DNA of 64,000 nucleotides from Klebsormidium nitens. Taxonomy: Eukaryota; Plantae; Klebsormidiophyceae. Of this stretch, positions 13,201-25,539 are shown piece by piece. The notes under the pieces were generated by a model. That model was not told the origin of the DNA. It did not search any database and saw nothing but the letters and a program-made list of their open reading frames with translations. The position numbers and the translations under genes are program-made. The stretch's first letter is position 1. Each line of letters begins with the position of its first letter. The stretch lies in contig DF237227.1 of the NCBI GenBank assembly GCA_000708835.1, positions 49,802-113,801 of the forward strand, given 5' to 3'.

Positions 13201-16200
13201 CAGGTCGATCTTCCTTTAGGAAGTCGAGATCTGCTTGACAGTTGCGGTGTAATAAGCTGAATGACGGAAAGAAGAGGTTCCGGGGAGTTTTACGCATTCT
13301 TGCACGATGGGCAAGGGAAAAGAGCAGCGAAACAAGGCAGTCCGCCAACAAGAAGTAGAGATACGTTTTACGGAAAATGTAAGCGTGCAAAGAAGAAGAA
13401 ACATGCTAGGCGTTTCTGTAGGTGCTAATAATTCCCTTTCCAACAGCATGTTGCACGAAGGAAAAAGGCAGTGGCTGGAGGCGCTCCAAACGCAAGCAGT
13501 CTTGCTCCGGCCCAGAACTCACAAGCGAAGATCAAAACCTGGATAAACGAGAAAGAACAAAACGCGTTTCTGCAGGTACTACTTTGGAATCTTGACCGAT
13601 TGCACGGCGCGCGAAGATTAGCTAGTTCAGACGCTCCTGTACAAGTCTAGAGAAGCGGCTTCAAGGGACGACACCAATAATAGGAAGAAGAAACGTAAGA
13701 AGGAAGAGGAACGAAAGAAGGCGTACGCTTGTTGCAGGTACTACTTTGGTATCCTGTCCGACTGTACGGTGCGCAAGGAGAAGGAGCAGCGGCTGGAAGC
13801 GTCCGGTTGCAAGAACTCTCGTTCCGCCCCGGAAGTATTGAAAGAAACAGATTGGAAAGAAAGAGAAAGAACGGAGCACGTTTTTGCAGGTATTACTTTG
13901 GTATCCTGTCCGACTGCACGGTGCGCAATGAGAAGGAGCAGCAGATACCGACTGCAGGAACTCTAATCCCGCCCCGGATGTGAACTAACAAACCAAATTC
14001 GGAAACAAAGATAAAGTACGAAGCGCATTTCTGCAGGTACTACTTTGGGATTCTGTCCGACTGCACGATCCGAAAGGAGAAGGAGCAGCGGCTGGAAGCG
14101 ATCCGGCTGCAGGAGTTCGAGGCGGAGGCGAGCACGCGCGCCAAGCGGTCGTTCGTGGCCAATATCAGTCACGAGATCCGGACGTGAGCACACAGCTCTA
14201 TTACTTTCTAATTCCTCTCGTTTCTCCTTTTGAATTGCTTGTTCTCGGTGCTGTGTATCCGTCTCCATACGGGCTACGTGCGGCCTTGGCGGGTAAAGCC
14301 GGCATTGCTTTGCTGATTTCGTCTCCATGCGTTGGCCCATTTCACCCAAAGTTAGCGTCAGCCAGATGCCAACGGGCCATGCGGGAGGAAGTTTGCTCTG
14401 GAATAGCGAACACAACATCATTACACTCAAAATCAAGGCCGCGGCTCCTTAACCCGGTTGCTATCCTGGGCAAGTTGATGAGGTCGATTTTGACATGCCG
14501 CCAGCGCTGTTTGCAGATGAAGGTGACGTCTGGTCAGAGCTTTGAAGCGGAACCGTTCCCAAACCCTTTTTTCCAACCCCGCGCAACCTTGTTGTGCAGT
14601 CAGCTGCTGACGGACGTTGATTCGCTAAATTGGTGGCTGACGTTCAAAACTCAGGTTGCGCCCTTCACCTGACCTTCTTAACCTGGGCAGGGTGACACAC
14701 GAGTAGCGTCAGTCAGTTGCTAAAATAGGGCTTTACTCGCTTAAGATGAGCGTGTTATGCCCTTAACGGGTTTGTTTAACCCAACTCTTTGACTTGCGCA
14801 GGCCGATGAATGCGATCCTGGCGTGCAGTCAGTTGTTGACGGACATGCCGTCGCTAACCGCAAAGCAACGGGAGCTGTCGCAGATGATCCAGGGCTCGGG
14901 GCAGCAGCTACTGAGCCTCATCAACGACATTCTAGACTTCAGCAAGGTGAGGAACAATTTCTGGTGGATGAAAAAGAGCCTCTGGAAACGTGTTCGTTTG
15001 AAAACTAGTGGAGTGAGGGGTTTGTAATGTTCTGACTCATCAACGACATCCTGGGTTTCAGCAAGGTGAGGGTCGGAATGAGGACAGAGAAACGGATTGA
15101 GGCTGGTGCAGTCGACGAAAGCATACACGGTTGAAAGTCTCGTTTGGGTTACAGCGTCCCGGCTCAAAGCAAACTTAGCGACTTTGAGAGGAAGGGAGAC
15201 GGACAACGAAAAGCAATGAGATGGAAGGCAAGAACAGGAGAGGGTGACCAGCCGTGATGAGCTGATGGTTGTCATTACGTCTTGGACTCGTCAAATGGGC
15301 TGTTGGGGATGTCAAAGGCTCTCACTTTGCGTCGAACTTGACACCATGAAAAGACAAACGAGGCAATGCGCGCTCTTTTCGAACGCCCCAACGGGTGCAT
15401 GGCTCGAAGAGGCCCCAATTGGCTCTCTCGCGAAGGAAACCGCCGTCTTTACAAACACGAAATCGAATATGCAGCCACCACAGGACGAGTCGATCCTAAA
15501 TATCTAGAAAAAACCCGCAAACCTTTAAAACCCTTCTCAATTACCTCTCTTTACAGCTGGACGCGGGCAAGCTCGCGCTCAAACTGGCGGAGTTCAGCCT
15601 GTGCGATGCCTCGACTCCTCCGAATCCAAAACCCTCAAAACAGCACAAGCCTGAAACCCTAACCCTACTGACGCGTTCCTGCTTACAGCTGGACGCGGGC
15701 AAGCTGGCGCTCAAGCCGGCGGAGTTCAGCCTGTGGGGGTGCCTCGACTTTTGCGTGGAGATGCTCGTGCTCAAGTGCGAACACAAGGGCCTGCACCTCT
15801 CCTACAACATGGACCCCTCTGTCCCTGAGTAAGGCTTCATTTCTCGGCCTTACTCCAAATTTGGGCCCTTACTTCGTACGTCGGTCCTACTCTTTGATTG
15901 GCCTTTTTCTACAGCTCAGGCCTGTCGTTTCTGCAATTCTTTTTTCGGATTGCCTCTTAGGCTCTTTATCTAGCCAGCAATGTGCGACAACAACGTTCGT
16001 TCAAGATAGACGTTACCGTGCGGGGAAAGTTCATAGTGACTTCCATAACAAAGACCTGTCACCCTCGCTTCAGCTCGGTCTTTGACACCACCCTTCGCGT
16101 TTGCAGCTGGATATGGGCGGACGAGGTCCGCCTGCGTCAAATCCTGACCAACCTTCTGAGCAACGCCTCAAAGTTCACCGACGAGGGGGGGGAGGTCGAA

Positions 16201-19200
16201 GTCTCCGTCACTGCCAAGCGCATCTTCCGGAGCCTTTCATCGAAGGAACCCGCGGAGTACCCTCGTTCGGGGGGGTCGTTTACCCCCTGGACTGGGGGAG
16301 GATTCTTCTCGAACGTGACGGGACCGGTGTTTCTCCGGGAACGCGTTTCTGAAGCGTTTCCAGAGTGCTCGGGAGAAAGCCCCGGGACGCTTCCTGAGTA
16401 TAGGATCACGATTGCGGTGCGGGATACGGGGATCGGCATCCCGGCCAGTTTTCAGAAGCGGCTGTTCGACGCGTTCAGCCAGTGCGACAACTCACGGACC
16501 AGGCTCTATGAAGGTGAGGCATTTTGTTGAGAAGCAGCTTCTCTTGAAGTTTCAGGCGCATTCCTTCAGATGGTTGTTCTGGTTGACTTGTGTTCAACAC
16601 TTTGGATCGCATGGTATTTGGAATTCAGCCCTAGTTCTCCAATTCTGACCTGGTTTCGAACTTCGACTGGCTACATGCTGAAGACCTTCTCTTCGTACAG
16701 AACGGATGGAAGACAATCGTCCAGCCAGGGTGCGATCAAACCGGATTCATGTGATGCAATCTCGAAGGCAATTCAAGGCAGATCCGGATCCCCCTGCTTT
16801 CAGCCACTGGATTGGGATGGCATTGAGCCAGAGTTTGAAGCACGTCTGTCTTGTTCAGAGCCATTTTAGGGGCAAGTCGTACTAAGACGCTCCCCTCTTT
16901 CAGGCACGGGTCTTGGGCTCGCCATCAGCCGAGACTTGGCAGAGCGCATGGGGGGAAGCATGTGGGTCGAGAGCGAAGAAGGCGTCGGAAGCACGTTCTT
17001 CGTCGCCATCACTGCCCGGGGATCCATGCAGCCGTCCACCGGGCAGTCCCAACTCCCACCGGTCACGTTAACCCCCAACGAGTGCCTTCAACAAGCAGGT
17101 TCTTCGATGTCCGAGCAACCGCTTGTGCCTGACCAGACTCAACCCAAACCGGTTATGAATACCCCCGACGAGACCCTGGAGCAACCAGGCCCTTCAACGT
17201 CCGCGCAACCGCTGTTGACCGATCAGACACAACGACCACCACCGGTTACGTTAACCCCGGACCAGTCACTCCCCTTGCCCACTGATTGCAACAACCACCA
17301 GGCTGCAACACCGTCTATGGAACGGATACCCCCACCTGCGACCAATTCCGTCCTCCAACGACTGGTTACGCCAATCACTGGGCGCCGTGCGCTGCTCGTG
17401 GGCACGCGGGGCGCGTTTCACCGAATGGTCGGGTCGATGCTCCGGGCATGGGGGGTGGACGTTTCGACGGCATCGTCGGACTCGGAGCTGAGCGCGCAAG
17501 CGGGCGGTTCAAACAATGCTGCGACCGGTTTGATGGCTTCGTCGGTTCCGGTGCTGAGCGCGTTAGCGGGCAGTTCTGCGACCGGTTCGGACTCTGATGC
17601 AGGCGGCTCCGCCGAGAAAGCGACCGGTTCAGGCCCTCAGTTTAAACCGGGAAACAGGTTCGACGTGTTTATCGTAGACTGTCCGGTCGCTAGCCGGTGT
17701 TCCAACGAGCAGAGGGCGGATGCGCCTGGACAAAAGCACCAGGTGGGTACCGGGGGAGAGCACCGGGTGGGGTCGGACTCAGACAAGCAGAAGAAAGGGG
17801 CGCCCGGGGAAGAGTACCGGGCAGCGGTGCAGCTGATGCGGCGTGCGTGCGCGCTGGCGCGGGGCGTCCCGACGTTGCTGCTCGCGTCCAAGAGCGCAAA
17901 GAGCACGCTCGACTTGCCGACGGAGATCCAGGTGAGCCGCCGTCTTCTGGTGCTGCCGCTCGGCTTTATGTCGTCGCTTCGTCGGTTGTCTCGTTTCTTT
18001 GTCGCTTCTTTCTGGAGTCGTGTTTACGTTGCACGCGGTATGTTCAATGATCCCGGCTACAAATGGCTACGAGGTGTCGCGAGTTAGTCTGACAAGGATG
18101 GCCAGTTCCACTTTGATGGAACTTCCATGTTGAAAACCTTCTGCTCTTCCCATGGGACCGAGACACTGTTTCTTCCAGCCCCTGCACTTCCGCTCTATCG
18201 AAAGCGCCTGCGAACGGTGGCTGCGTGACTGGCAACCGTTGACTCTGCACCAAAGGGGTCCCTTCGGTTGCTCCTCAGAAAAGCGTCGTTTTCTTCGTCC
18301 CGATCTTCGTTCCGACTCGTGCCCATCCACGCGGCTTTGAACCCTGAGACCCGAACTCTCAGATTCCAGCTTTTACCTTTCTTTTGGCCCGCAGGACCCC
18401 ATCAAATGTTTGTCGCAGCCCAGCGCATCAAAGTCCCTCCTGCCAACGTCCGTGATTCAACCAGCAACCCTTTGAGTGTGGCTGAAAGACAAGACATGAA
18501 TTTTCGATTCTGCAGGATCACGTCATGTGCTTGTCACAGCCAGTACGCATCAAAGCCCTCTACACGACCCTCCTGCAAACGCTCGCCCCCTCGCGCCCCG
18601 CCGCCCCCCTTATCACCCCGACCACTTTTTCCGCCCCCGGAACCCCCTCCCCGAGAGACACGTGTCTTCAGATTACGGTCGCGGAAGACAATCCCATCAA
18701 CCAGAGAGTGCTTCACAAGATGCTGAAAGCGTTGAGCTATACCGAGATACGGACGGCGGTCAACGGGGCCGAGGTGCTGAAGCTGGTCAAGGAGCAGACG
18801 CCGGACGTTATCCTGATGGACATACACATGCCCGGTAAGAATTCAAATCTTTAGTCTCCCACTTCCTGGATTTCGGTCACACGTTTCAGGTTTCTGAGCT
18901 TTGGAATTCCCGGTTTCTCATCCGTCCGTTTCGCGATTGGTCGCACCGAAACGTGGAAGAGCATACGCGGGGACGTGATTCTGCTGGACATACACATGAA
19001 GATCACTTCGGTGTCCGAGACATGCGTGATCGACATTTGCATTTTTGCAGTTGAATGTCGTTGTCTGCGTCCGCTGCACTCGAGGCTCACCACATAGCAC
19101 TCGCCGGTTGGCAATTAGATGGACATACACATGCCCGGAGAGACAATTATGTTCGGCTTTCCCAGCTTTTCATTTCAGTCAGTACCGTCTTGATTGGTGG

Positions 19201-20202
19201 AGCTTCAAGGCAGAGTGTAGCCGCTTGCTCGCTCTTGCTTACCCTGTTGTCTTTTGAAAAAGCAAACCGTGTTCAAACTCCTGTCTGCGACAATTGCAGG
19301 AACGAGCCCTGGCAAGCAGACTGTGTGGTTATCGCTGCTTCTCTTATTGTTCCAGATGGGCGCTGTCTGCACCTTCTGGCCTTCCGGCCGCTCACACTTT
19401 CACACCTCCATTTCTGTCCGCACCGAAGCTGCTCACGAACTCGCGCTCTGGGTGAACAAGGACTGAGCAGCCTGTCCTTTCTTCTGCAAAAATGGAAAAC
19501 GCCCCTTGAAATTAAAAGCGTCCGTTTCATCGCTGCTCCTCTCGTCGCTTCCCGTGTCTGAAATTTTCAAGTTTTCGGCCTCACACCTCAGTTTCTAATT
19601 AAGGTAAAGCTGCTCAACGATTCGCACTCTGGTTGAACAAGGACTGAGCAAGTCCCCTCTTACTTCTGCAGAGATGGATGGCCTCACCGCAACGACCAGA
19701 ACAAGGGTGAGTGCATCCACTTAATCTGACACCTTCTTCCACCGCGGGAGTGCTCTTGTCAGGATTGCGCCGACGCGTTGCCCATAGCACGACTTCCTGC
19801 ACCCGGCAGGGATCCTAGTACAGTGCAGCTTCCCAGTTGTCAGCCTACCCGCTGATAAAAAGCCTTGATTGACATACCCGCTGCTGAGTGTCTGACATCG
19901 AGACGTCGTTTGTTGCCTTCCAACGGTGTGAACAAGTCTTACAATTGTGTTTCGAAGCCTAAACCTCTTCCTTTCGACTTTCTGTCGTTCAGGCATACTT
20001 GGCGGAAGACCAGCAGCCTATGATCATCGCCCTGACCGCTGACGTCGGAAACGACATAGAAAAGGAGTGCCGAGATACGGGCATGGTTGGTTACCTCAGC
20101 AAACCAGTGCAGAAGGCCCAGCTCGAAAAGATGCTCTCGAAGTGTGTATTTTACAAAAAGCATGCGGAGCAACGGAGGACGTTGAAATGGATAGATGTAT
20201 AG
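7228..20202 (+). CDS. Hybrid sensor histidine kinase GAF-PAS/PAC-HisKA-HATPase_c-degenerate REC-REC. Exons 7228-7512, 7823-7891, 8388-8441, 9049-9173, 9652-9715, 9993-10069, 10299-10383, 10870-10960, 11552-11691, 12766-12950, 14037-14183, 14802-14946, 15689-15828, 16107-16513, 16904-17931, 18516-18834, 19672-19706, 19993-20202
   Basis: Spliced frame gives GAF (NEEFRLQVLRSYNILNT, VSLVDENRQWFKS, IRFYAGAPL), PAS (IVFVNEGWEKLTGYSIQEVLG...ILNYRKNGTPFWN), H-box (ANISHEIRTPMNAI), N-box (RLRQILTNLLSNASKFT), G1/F/G2 (VRDTGIGI, LFDAFSQ, GTGLGLAI) and receiver (VAEDNPIN, ILMDIHMPEMDG, IALTAD, YLSKPV). The start codon is uncertain; upstream exons in 6000-7200 are possible. Confidence 0.92.
11745..12605 (+). 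repeat. Six donor-side echoes of the PAS exon end (period about 150 bp)
   Basis: WEKLTGYSIQEVLGLHCGSLLE-coding sequence plus donor repeats, with junctions at 11840, 11995, 12145, 12301, 12455, about 12600 (live donor 11691). Confidence 0.95.
13270..14036 (+). repeat. Four to five acceptor-side echoes of the H-box exon start (period about 150 bp)
   Basis: (t/c)tgcag|gtactactttgg... at 13890, 13738, 13576, decayed at 13422 and about 13280 (live 14037). Confidence 0.92.
15030..15625 (+). repeat. Single donor echo (junction 15065 vs live 14946) and single acceptor echo (15557 vs live 15689) in the same kinase intron
   Basis: ctcatcaacgacatcctgggtttcagcaag|gtgag; ttacag|ctggacgcgggcaagctcgcgctcaaactggcggagttcagcctg. 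Confidence 0.88.
18950..19500 (+). repeat. Decayed donor echoes of the receiver exon (about 18970, about 19120) and an acceptor echo (19490 vs live 19672)
   Basis: gacgtgattctgctggacatacacatg; gatggacatacacatgcccggagag; gctgctcacgaactcgcgctctgggtgaacaaggactgagc repeated 182 bp apart. Confidence 0.75.
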
Positions 20203-22438
20203 TTTTTCCTCTAGAGCGCATGCCAACGAAAAGGTTGCCTTTCAGATAGGCATATTGCATAGGGCACCTTAGTCACGGGTTCACAACAGCTATAGATCAA
20301 TGTACTAGAGTCAATGTCTGCTGCATCGGGTTGTCAAACGTGGGTGTTTAAACTTTAGGATGCGTGTTAAGAAGCGTCTGATCAGCTTAGTTGTAGGCTA
20401 GCTCATGCACAGTAGGCCGCGCAGCTCGCAAAGTGAAAGAAAATCAAGACGGGCGAAATAAGTTACAGGCAATTTAAGGACTTGGGTTCTTGCATGTGTT
20501 GCATAAATGTACAAGTAGATTATCAACCTAGAGGACTTCGAGTCAGACGGTTTGATTCTGGATCGATCATGATAATTTCTAACAGGTGGTCGGATAGGCA
20601 ATACTGTCATCCCGCGCACTTGACAATCAGATGATACGTTTTGCCATAGCGTTGTTGAAGAGGCGTGCAAGCCCGCCCCTAACTTGTTAGAGAAATCCAA
20701 GTCTCCCACCTGTCAGAGAAAGATTGCTTTGCAAGATGAGGTACAAACAGCCGTCGCTGCTCTCACATCCAATTCTGCGCCGTGCGATTATGGTTGCCGC
20801 TGGGGTGGGTGGGCCGGTACTCGGTCGGTGGTGGTAAATTTACGATCGAATGGCGCAGCGGTACCGCCGAAGCCCAAAAGTGTCAGAGCCGGGTACAATT
20901 TTTGTCAGTATCGTACGGTTCACTGAATGTTTTTGTACTTTTGGTTCGGTAAAATGTACCTTTATGTCAGAGGCCTCTACATGTTAGAACTTAGAGGTCC
21001 CCATCGCGGTATCTCTAGCTAGTAGCTAGTGCACCGGGCAAAATTTTAGCCGATGTAAGTCGCAACTTTCAACTATTAAACGTACCGCCGGGCAGCATGG
21101 GAAGTCTTATCAAATATTTCTACGCCGTAAACGGCGGAGGTAGAATTTAGCAGAATACCCCCCTGAAATCACTATAGTACTTCATATTGATGGAACCCCC
21201 GCCGGCGAAAGTTGAGTTGCGTGCCGGGAATTCACGTAGAGGACTTGTAGTAGGTACCGTGCAATGCTTCAAGACCTGAGGTTGCGCAACCCAAACTTCA
21301 AATCGACGGCCAACATGAATGATAAGATCGATCGACGGTGATTTATGCCTCATCCTGCAAAGAAATCTTTCTCTGACAGGTGGGAGGCAAAAGAGCCCTG
21401 GTCGCCGCAAGTGGGCGGAGTTGTCATGTTCTTCTACAACGCCATGTGCATCGCTGAACGCTCGATTGAATCTAGGCTAAGTTCCTTAGAGCCAAGTAGA
21501 ATGTCGATTTTTCTGGCAACCGGGCCGGACATGCGTGCATAATCTGTTTGAACACCTTGTTAAAATCTAATAATTTGCAAACAACATGCACGATGTGTCG
21601 TAAGCTATTGTATATGGCGGCCTGGCAATATGGTTGCTGCAGCCGGCCTGCAACATGTATTGGCGTTCGTTTCTTATCTAACCATGTCGCACAAGCAGCC
21701 CGCCAACTTTACTGAGCCGAGAACCTGAATATCATGGGCGGGCGCTATTTATGTCTATATCCCATGCATGCTTCTTAAGTTATAGTACACATATTTACGT
21801 ACGACGATCATTAGATTCCAATTCCGACCCGCCGGCTGCAGGCAGTTCTAGCTGAGCCCAACGGTGAACCGCGCGCGCAACTAACCGGATGAGCCCATGG
21901 CCGTACGTCCCCGTAAGGAAGCCTCGACTATAGTCTTAACTAATGTGACTATAAAAGCATTTCAACAAGCAGCTCATGGTCACTCGTGCATGTGAACGGT
22001 TGCTCCGATCCGACGCTAATCCGGATGACCCAACATGGTCACGTGCATTAAGTGGCACGGCTGGCCGGCGCTTATGCCGCCAGGCTCATGCCGCCAGGCA
22101 AAGCTCGCTTGCACCATAAGTCCATTCACTGGCAGTGTGCCATCACGTCACGACATTCCCGGGGCAATATAGGCGGTATTAAACGGTAAAGATATAGGTC
22201 ATTGCATTGCATCCATCCAGACGCGGGTTTGTGCCAATCAAAATGATAACATGGAAGTTCTTGGCCCTTCGTATTGACCGTTCCTCAGCTTCTGATAGGT
22301 TCTCTTCTAAGGTACTGATGTCAAGCCTGTCAGTTGCATCTGAATAGCATTGCAGCAAAAATCAGACAGCCAGTCTTCCATGAGCATCTATGAATCAACC
22401 GACCAAGACTGTCACATCGAAAGGCAGCTCAGCGGTGG

Positions 22439-25400
22439 TTACGACTTCAGCTCGTACTGCTGAACCTGCAAAGGTTGCTGACCCAGCTTCTGCTTCGACG
22501 GCTTCTTCGGCCGCTCTTCCATCTGCGCCAGGGCAGGCGTAAGGCCCTTTTCGGTGGCGATCGCCGCCTTGTTCGCTGCCACTACCGCTGCGACCTCCTT
22601 AGGCATGTATTTCTGCACACAAGCAAACAGTCGGGCTGAACACAACGATCAAAGGAGAAAGCCCACAATCCAGAGACCCTTTTATGAGTGTCTTGCACAT
22701 GGTAGAAATTTGATCTGCCGGCAAGTTTGGTCGGCCACATGCTTGAGAACCAACCTGGCAAACAGCTTTTCGGAGTACGGAGAGAGCCAATCAAGCACGG
22801 GAATCCTGAGGAGTTCCGGGGCGGCAAAAGTTGTCTCTGACTTTGGCACCGGATGCCCCTGCTATCATTCGAAACTTGCTGAAGTCCTTGCGTTGGATAA
22901 AAATGCTGAGACTGGAAGCGGGCTACCAGACCGAGCTCCAACGTGCGCCCGATGAGTTTGTGATTAGGAGGTGAGTCAAGAACATCTCATAAACCCACGC
23001 GAACACAGAGAAGTCACATTCTACCGATAACTTGGATCTTTAGGCCTTATCAGAATATAAGAGAAAAGAATGCGTCGTCCATCTGAATATTTTATCCACT
23101 CCCCACTACTACGCGATCCAATTTGAGGTCGTGGGACTTATCAAGAACAGCTCGGTTGTCCAGATGCGTCTCCACACTAGCAACAACTCCTCAGGTAACG
23201 CAATACTTTCCTAATGTTGCGTTAGTATCATCCGTCCAACGCCAGCTTCGTGCCTCACCTCGTCGTGCTTTGCCAGTACCTCCGTCGCCGCGAAATGGCA
23301 CCCCCCCACGCGCTCCCCCCCGGCCGTCTGCCCCTCCATCCCGAGCCCCGTCTGCTTCAAAATGCTCGGGTCCGCGGCCTTCAGCTGCCCGGTGACCGCT
23401 TCCCCCGGGCTTTCCGGTTCCCCCGATCGTAGAAACCCCTCCACCACAACGGAATGCCCCTCCCGGAACAGGTCGGGGAGTGCCCCCCGGTAACGCACGA
23501 CGAGCTCCGTCGCGAGATCGGTTACCACGAACTCCATCTCCGTCGAGTGGCGGAAGTGGCGCACGCTGCCGTCGAGGACAAGCCCGCCGAGGCGCAGGCG
23601 GCGCTTTGCGTCGGGGACAACGCCTTGCTCGGAGAGGGTCGCCATGGCCTACAAGCAGGGTTACGGCTGGGTTAAGAAGGTGGGGTTCTTGCTAATGTAA
23701 CAAGGGGGGGTTATAGCTGGGTTAACAAGGTGGCGCTTTGCGTTGGGGACGACGCCTTGCTCGGAGAGGGTCGCCCTGGCCTGCAAGCAGGGTGACGGCT
23801 GGGTTATGAAGGTGAGGTTCTTGCAAAATTAACAAGGCGGGGTTAAAGCTAGGTTAACAAGGTGGCGCTTCGCGTTGGGGACGACGCCTTGCTCAGAGAG
23901 GGTCGCCATGGCCTGCGGGAGACATTAGGCGGGATTGAGGCAGCTTAAGCAAAACGTAACCATGTTGAAAACCAGAGAGTCAATCTTCAACGACGATTGT
24001 GCGTGCGCCACTTCGCATCGGGCACGATGCCTTGCTCGGAGAGGGTCGCCATGGCCTGTGCAGAGAAGTTACAGCTGGGTTAAAGGGGTAGGGCTAGGAA
24101 AAACGCCTTGCTCGGAGGGGGTCCCGATGGCTTGCGGGCAAGGGTTACAGATGGATTAGGAAGATGGGAATACAGCTAGATTCGAAGAAGCTGGCATATC
24201 ACGTCAAGGAGGGCCCCTTGCTCGAAGAGGGTCGACATGCCCTGGGGTAAGGGTGACAGCTGGGTTAAGAAGGTGGACTTAAAGCTGGGTTAACAAACTG
24301 AGGTTTCAGCTGGGTTATGGAGGTGGCGCTTTGCATTTGAAAGGACGCCTTGCTCAGAAAGGGTCACCACGACGTCCGGGCAGGGGTTACGGCTGAGTTA
24401 AGAAGGTCAAGACGAAGGGGATACCGATCTGAAGCATTGGTTGTCAGTGACTTGTCATCTGTACATCCAACGCTCGATGTTGGTCCAGACGCCTTGCTCG
24501 GAAAGGGACACCATGGCCCGCGGGGCAGGATTAAGCTGGATTAAGAAGGTTTGGTAAGCTAATTCTGTAATGGAGAAGTGAGAGTCAGTTTTACTGATTG
24601 TGCATGCGGGCGTTGAAGTCGAAAGCCAAAACCAACCGCGGGTTCTTGAGGTGGTGTTGGACCCAGGAAACGGCTCAACTGCTGTTCTAACGCAGCCGCT
24701 TGTGCGGTCTACAACATACTTGGGTCCGAAAACCTAGATGAATGCTTGAAGAAGGGGAAGAAGGTGCTTGGTTTTAAAAAAAATATTAACATGGTGTTCA
24801 CTTGACTAACAGACCGTGGAGGGGTCACGGTAGGACTGAGGTAAGGAAACGGTGCAACCAAGCATGACGAGTTGCCGAGAGGAGGGATCACTTAGACCAA
24901 CTTGTTAAGAACTATTCCGCTGCTAGGCAACGAGCTCAAATCTTGTGCGTACTAAGTGCGTACTAAGAGAATGAAAACATCCCCCCTTCGGCGCACAAGG
25001 GGCAATCTCCAAATGCAGGAGATTGTTTCACACACCTGAGTGGGCGTAATGTAGAAGACGAGGTTCTCCTGGAACGCATTCAGCACGAACGCCCCAAACG
25101 CTGCCACCACCGCGCCCCCCCCAACGAGCCGCCACAGCTTCTGCGCCTGGCGCGCGCGCGCCTTTGCCGCGATGTCAACGTGTCCGTCGGCGCGCCGGGG
25201 CGCAGCAGCGAAGAACCTTGTGGTACCCCGGGGGTTCAAGAAAGGCGCCCCAGAGAAGGGGGTGTGAGGAGCATTGGGAAAGGGAGGTCTCAAATTGTGG
25301 GAGGAGGTGTTTGCGCTGCTGTGGAAAAGCTGCCGTGCTTGTAAGGAGGACAGCAGCGAGCCGGTGTTGGAAGAGGGAGGTGATGATATGTGAGAGGGAG

Positions 25401-25539
25401 AGGGAAGGTGGAGGCGGCGGATGCTCTGAGCGAAAGAGGAAGGGGGTGTGTGGGAGGGGGAGAAGGTGCTGAAGAAAGATCTGGCGGCCACACCAAAAGA
25501 CTCTGGGTGCATAACTGCCCTCTGCAGACAAGTCACCAT
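22439..25539 (-). CDS. CCME: Cytochrome c maturation heme chaperone CcmE with a long N-terminal extension (probable mitochondrial presequence). Exons 25539(or 25512)-25036, 23648-23259, 22612-22439
   Basis: TM segment then NAFQENLVFYITPTQ|AMA...RLRLGGLVLDGSV...FVVTDLATELVVRYRGALPDLFREGHSVVVEG...ATEVLAKHDE|KYMPKEV. This carries the CcmE signature LPDLFREG and the heme-binding HxxxY (KHDEKY). Confidence 0.93.
23740..24545 (-). repeat. Seven acceptor-side echoes of CcmE exon 2
   Basis: The plus-strand motif gacgccttgctcggagagggtcgccatggcc...gctgggttaagaagg recurs near 23780, 23912, 24055, 24130, 24240, 24370, 24510 (live 23648). Confidence 0.92.

Noticed and set aside
11745-14036. Echo arrays as mutually exclusive alternative exons (Dscam-like)
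   Set aside because: Each copy has only one splice site and a partial exon, and many contain stops or frameshifts.
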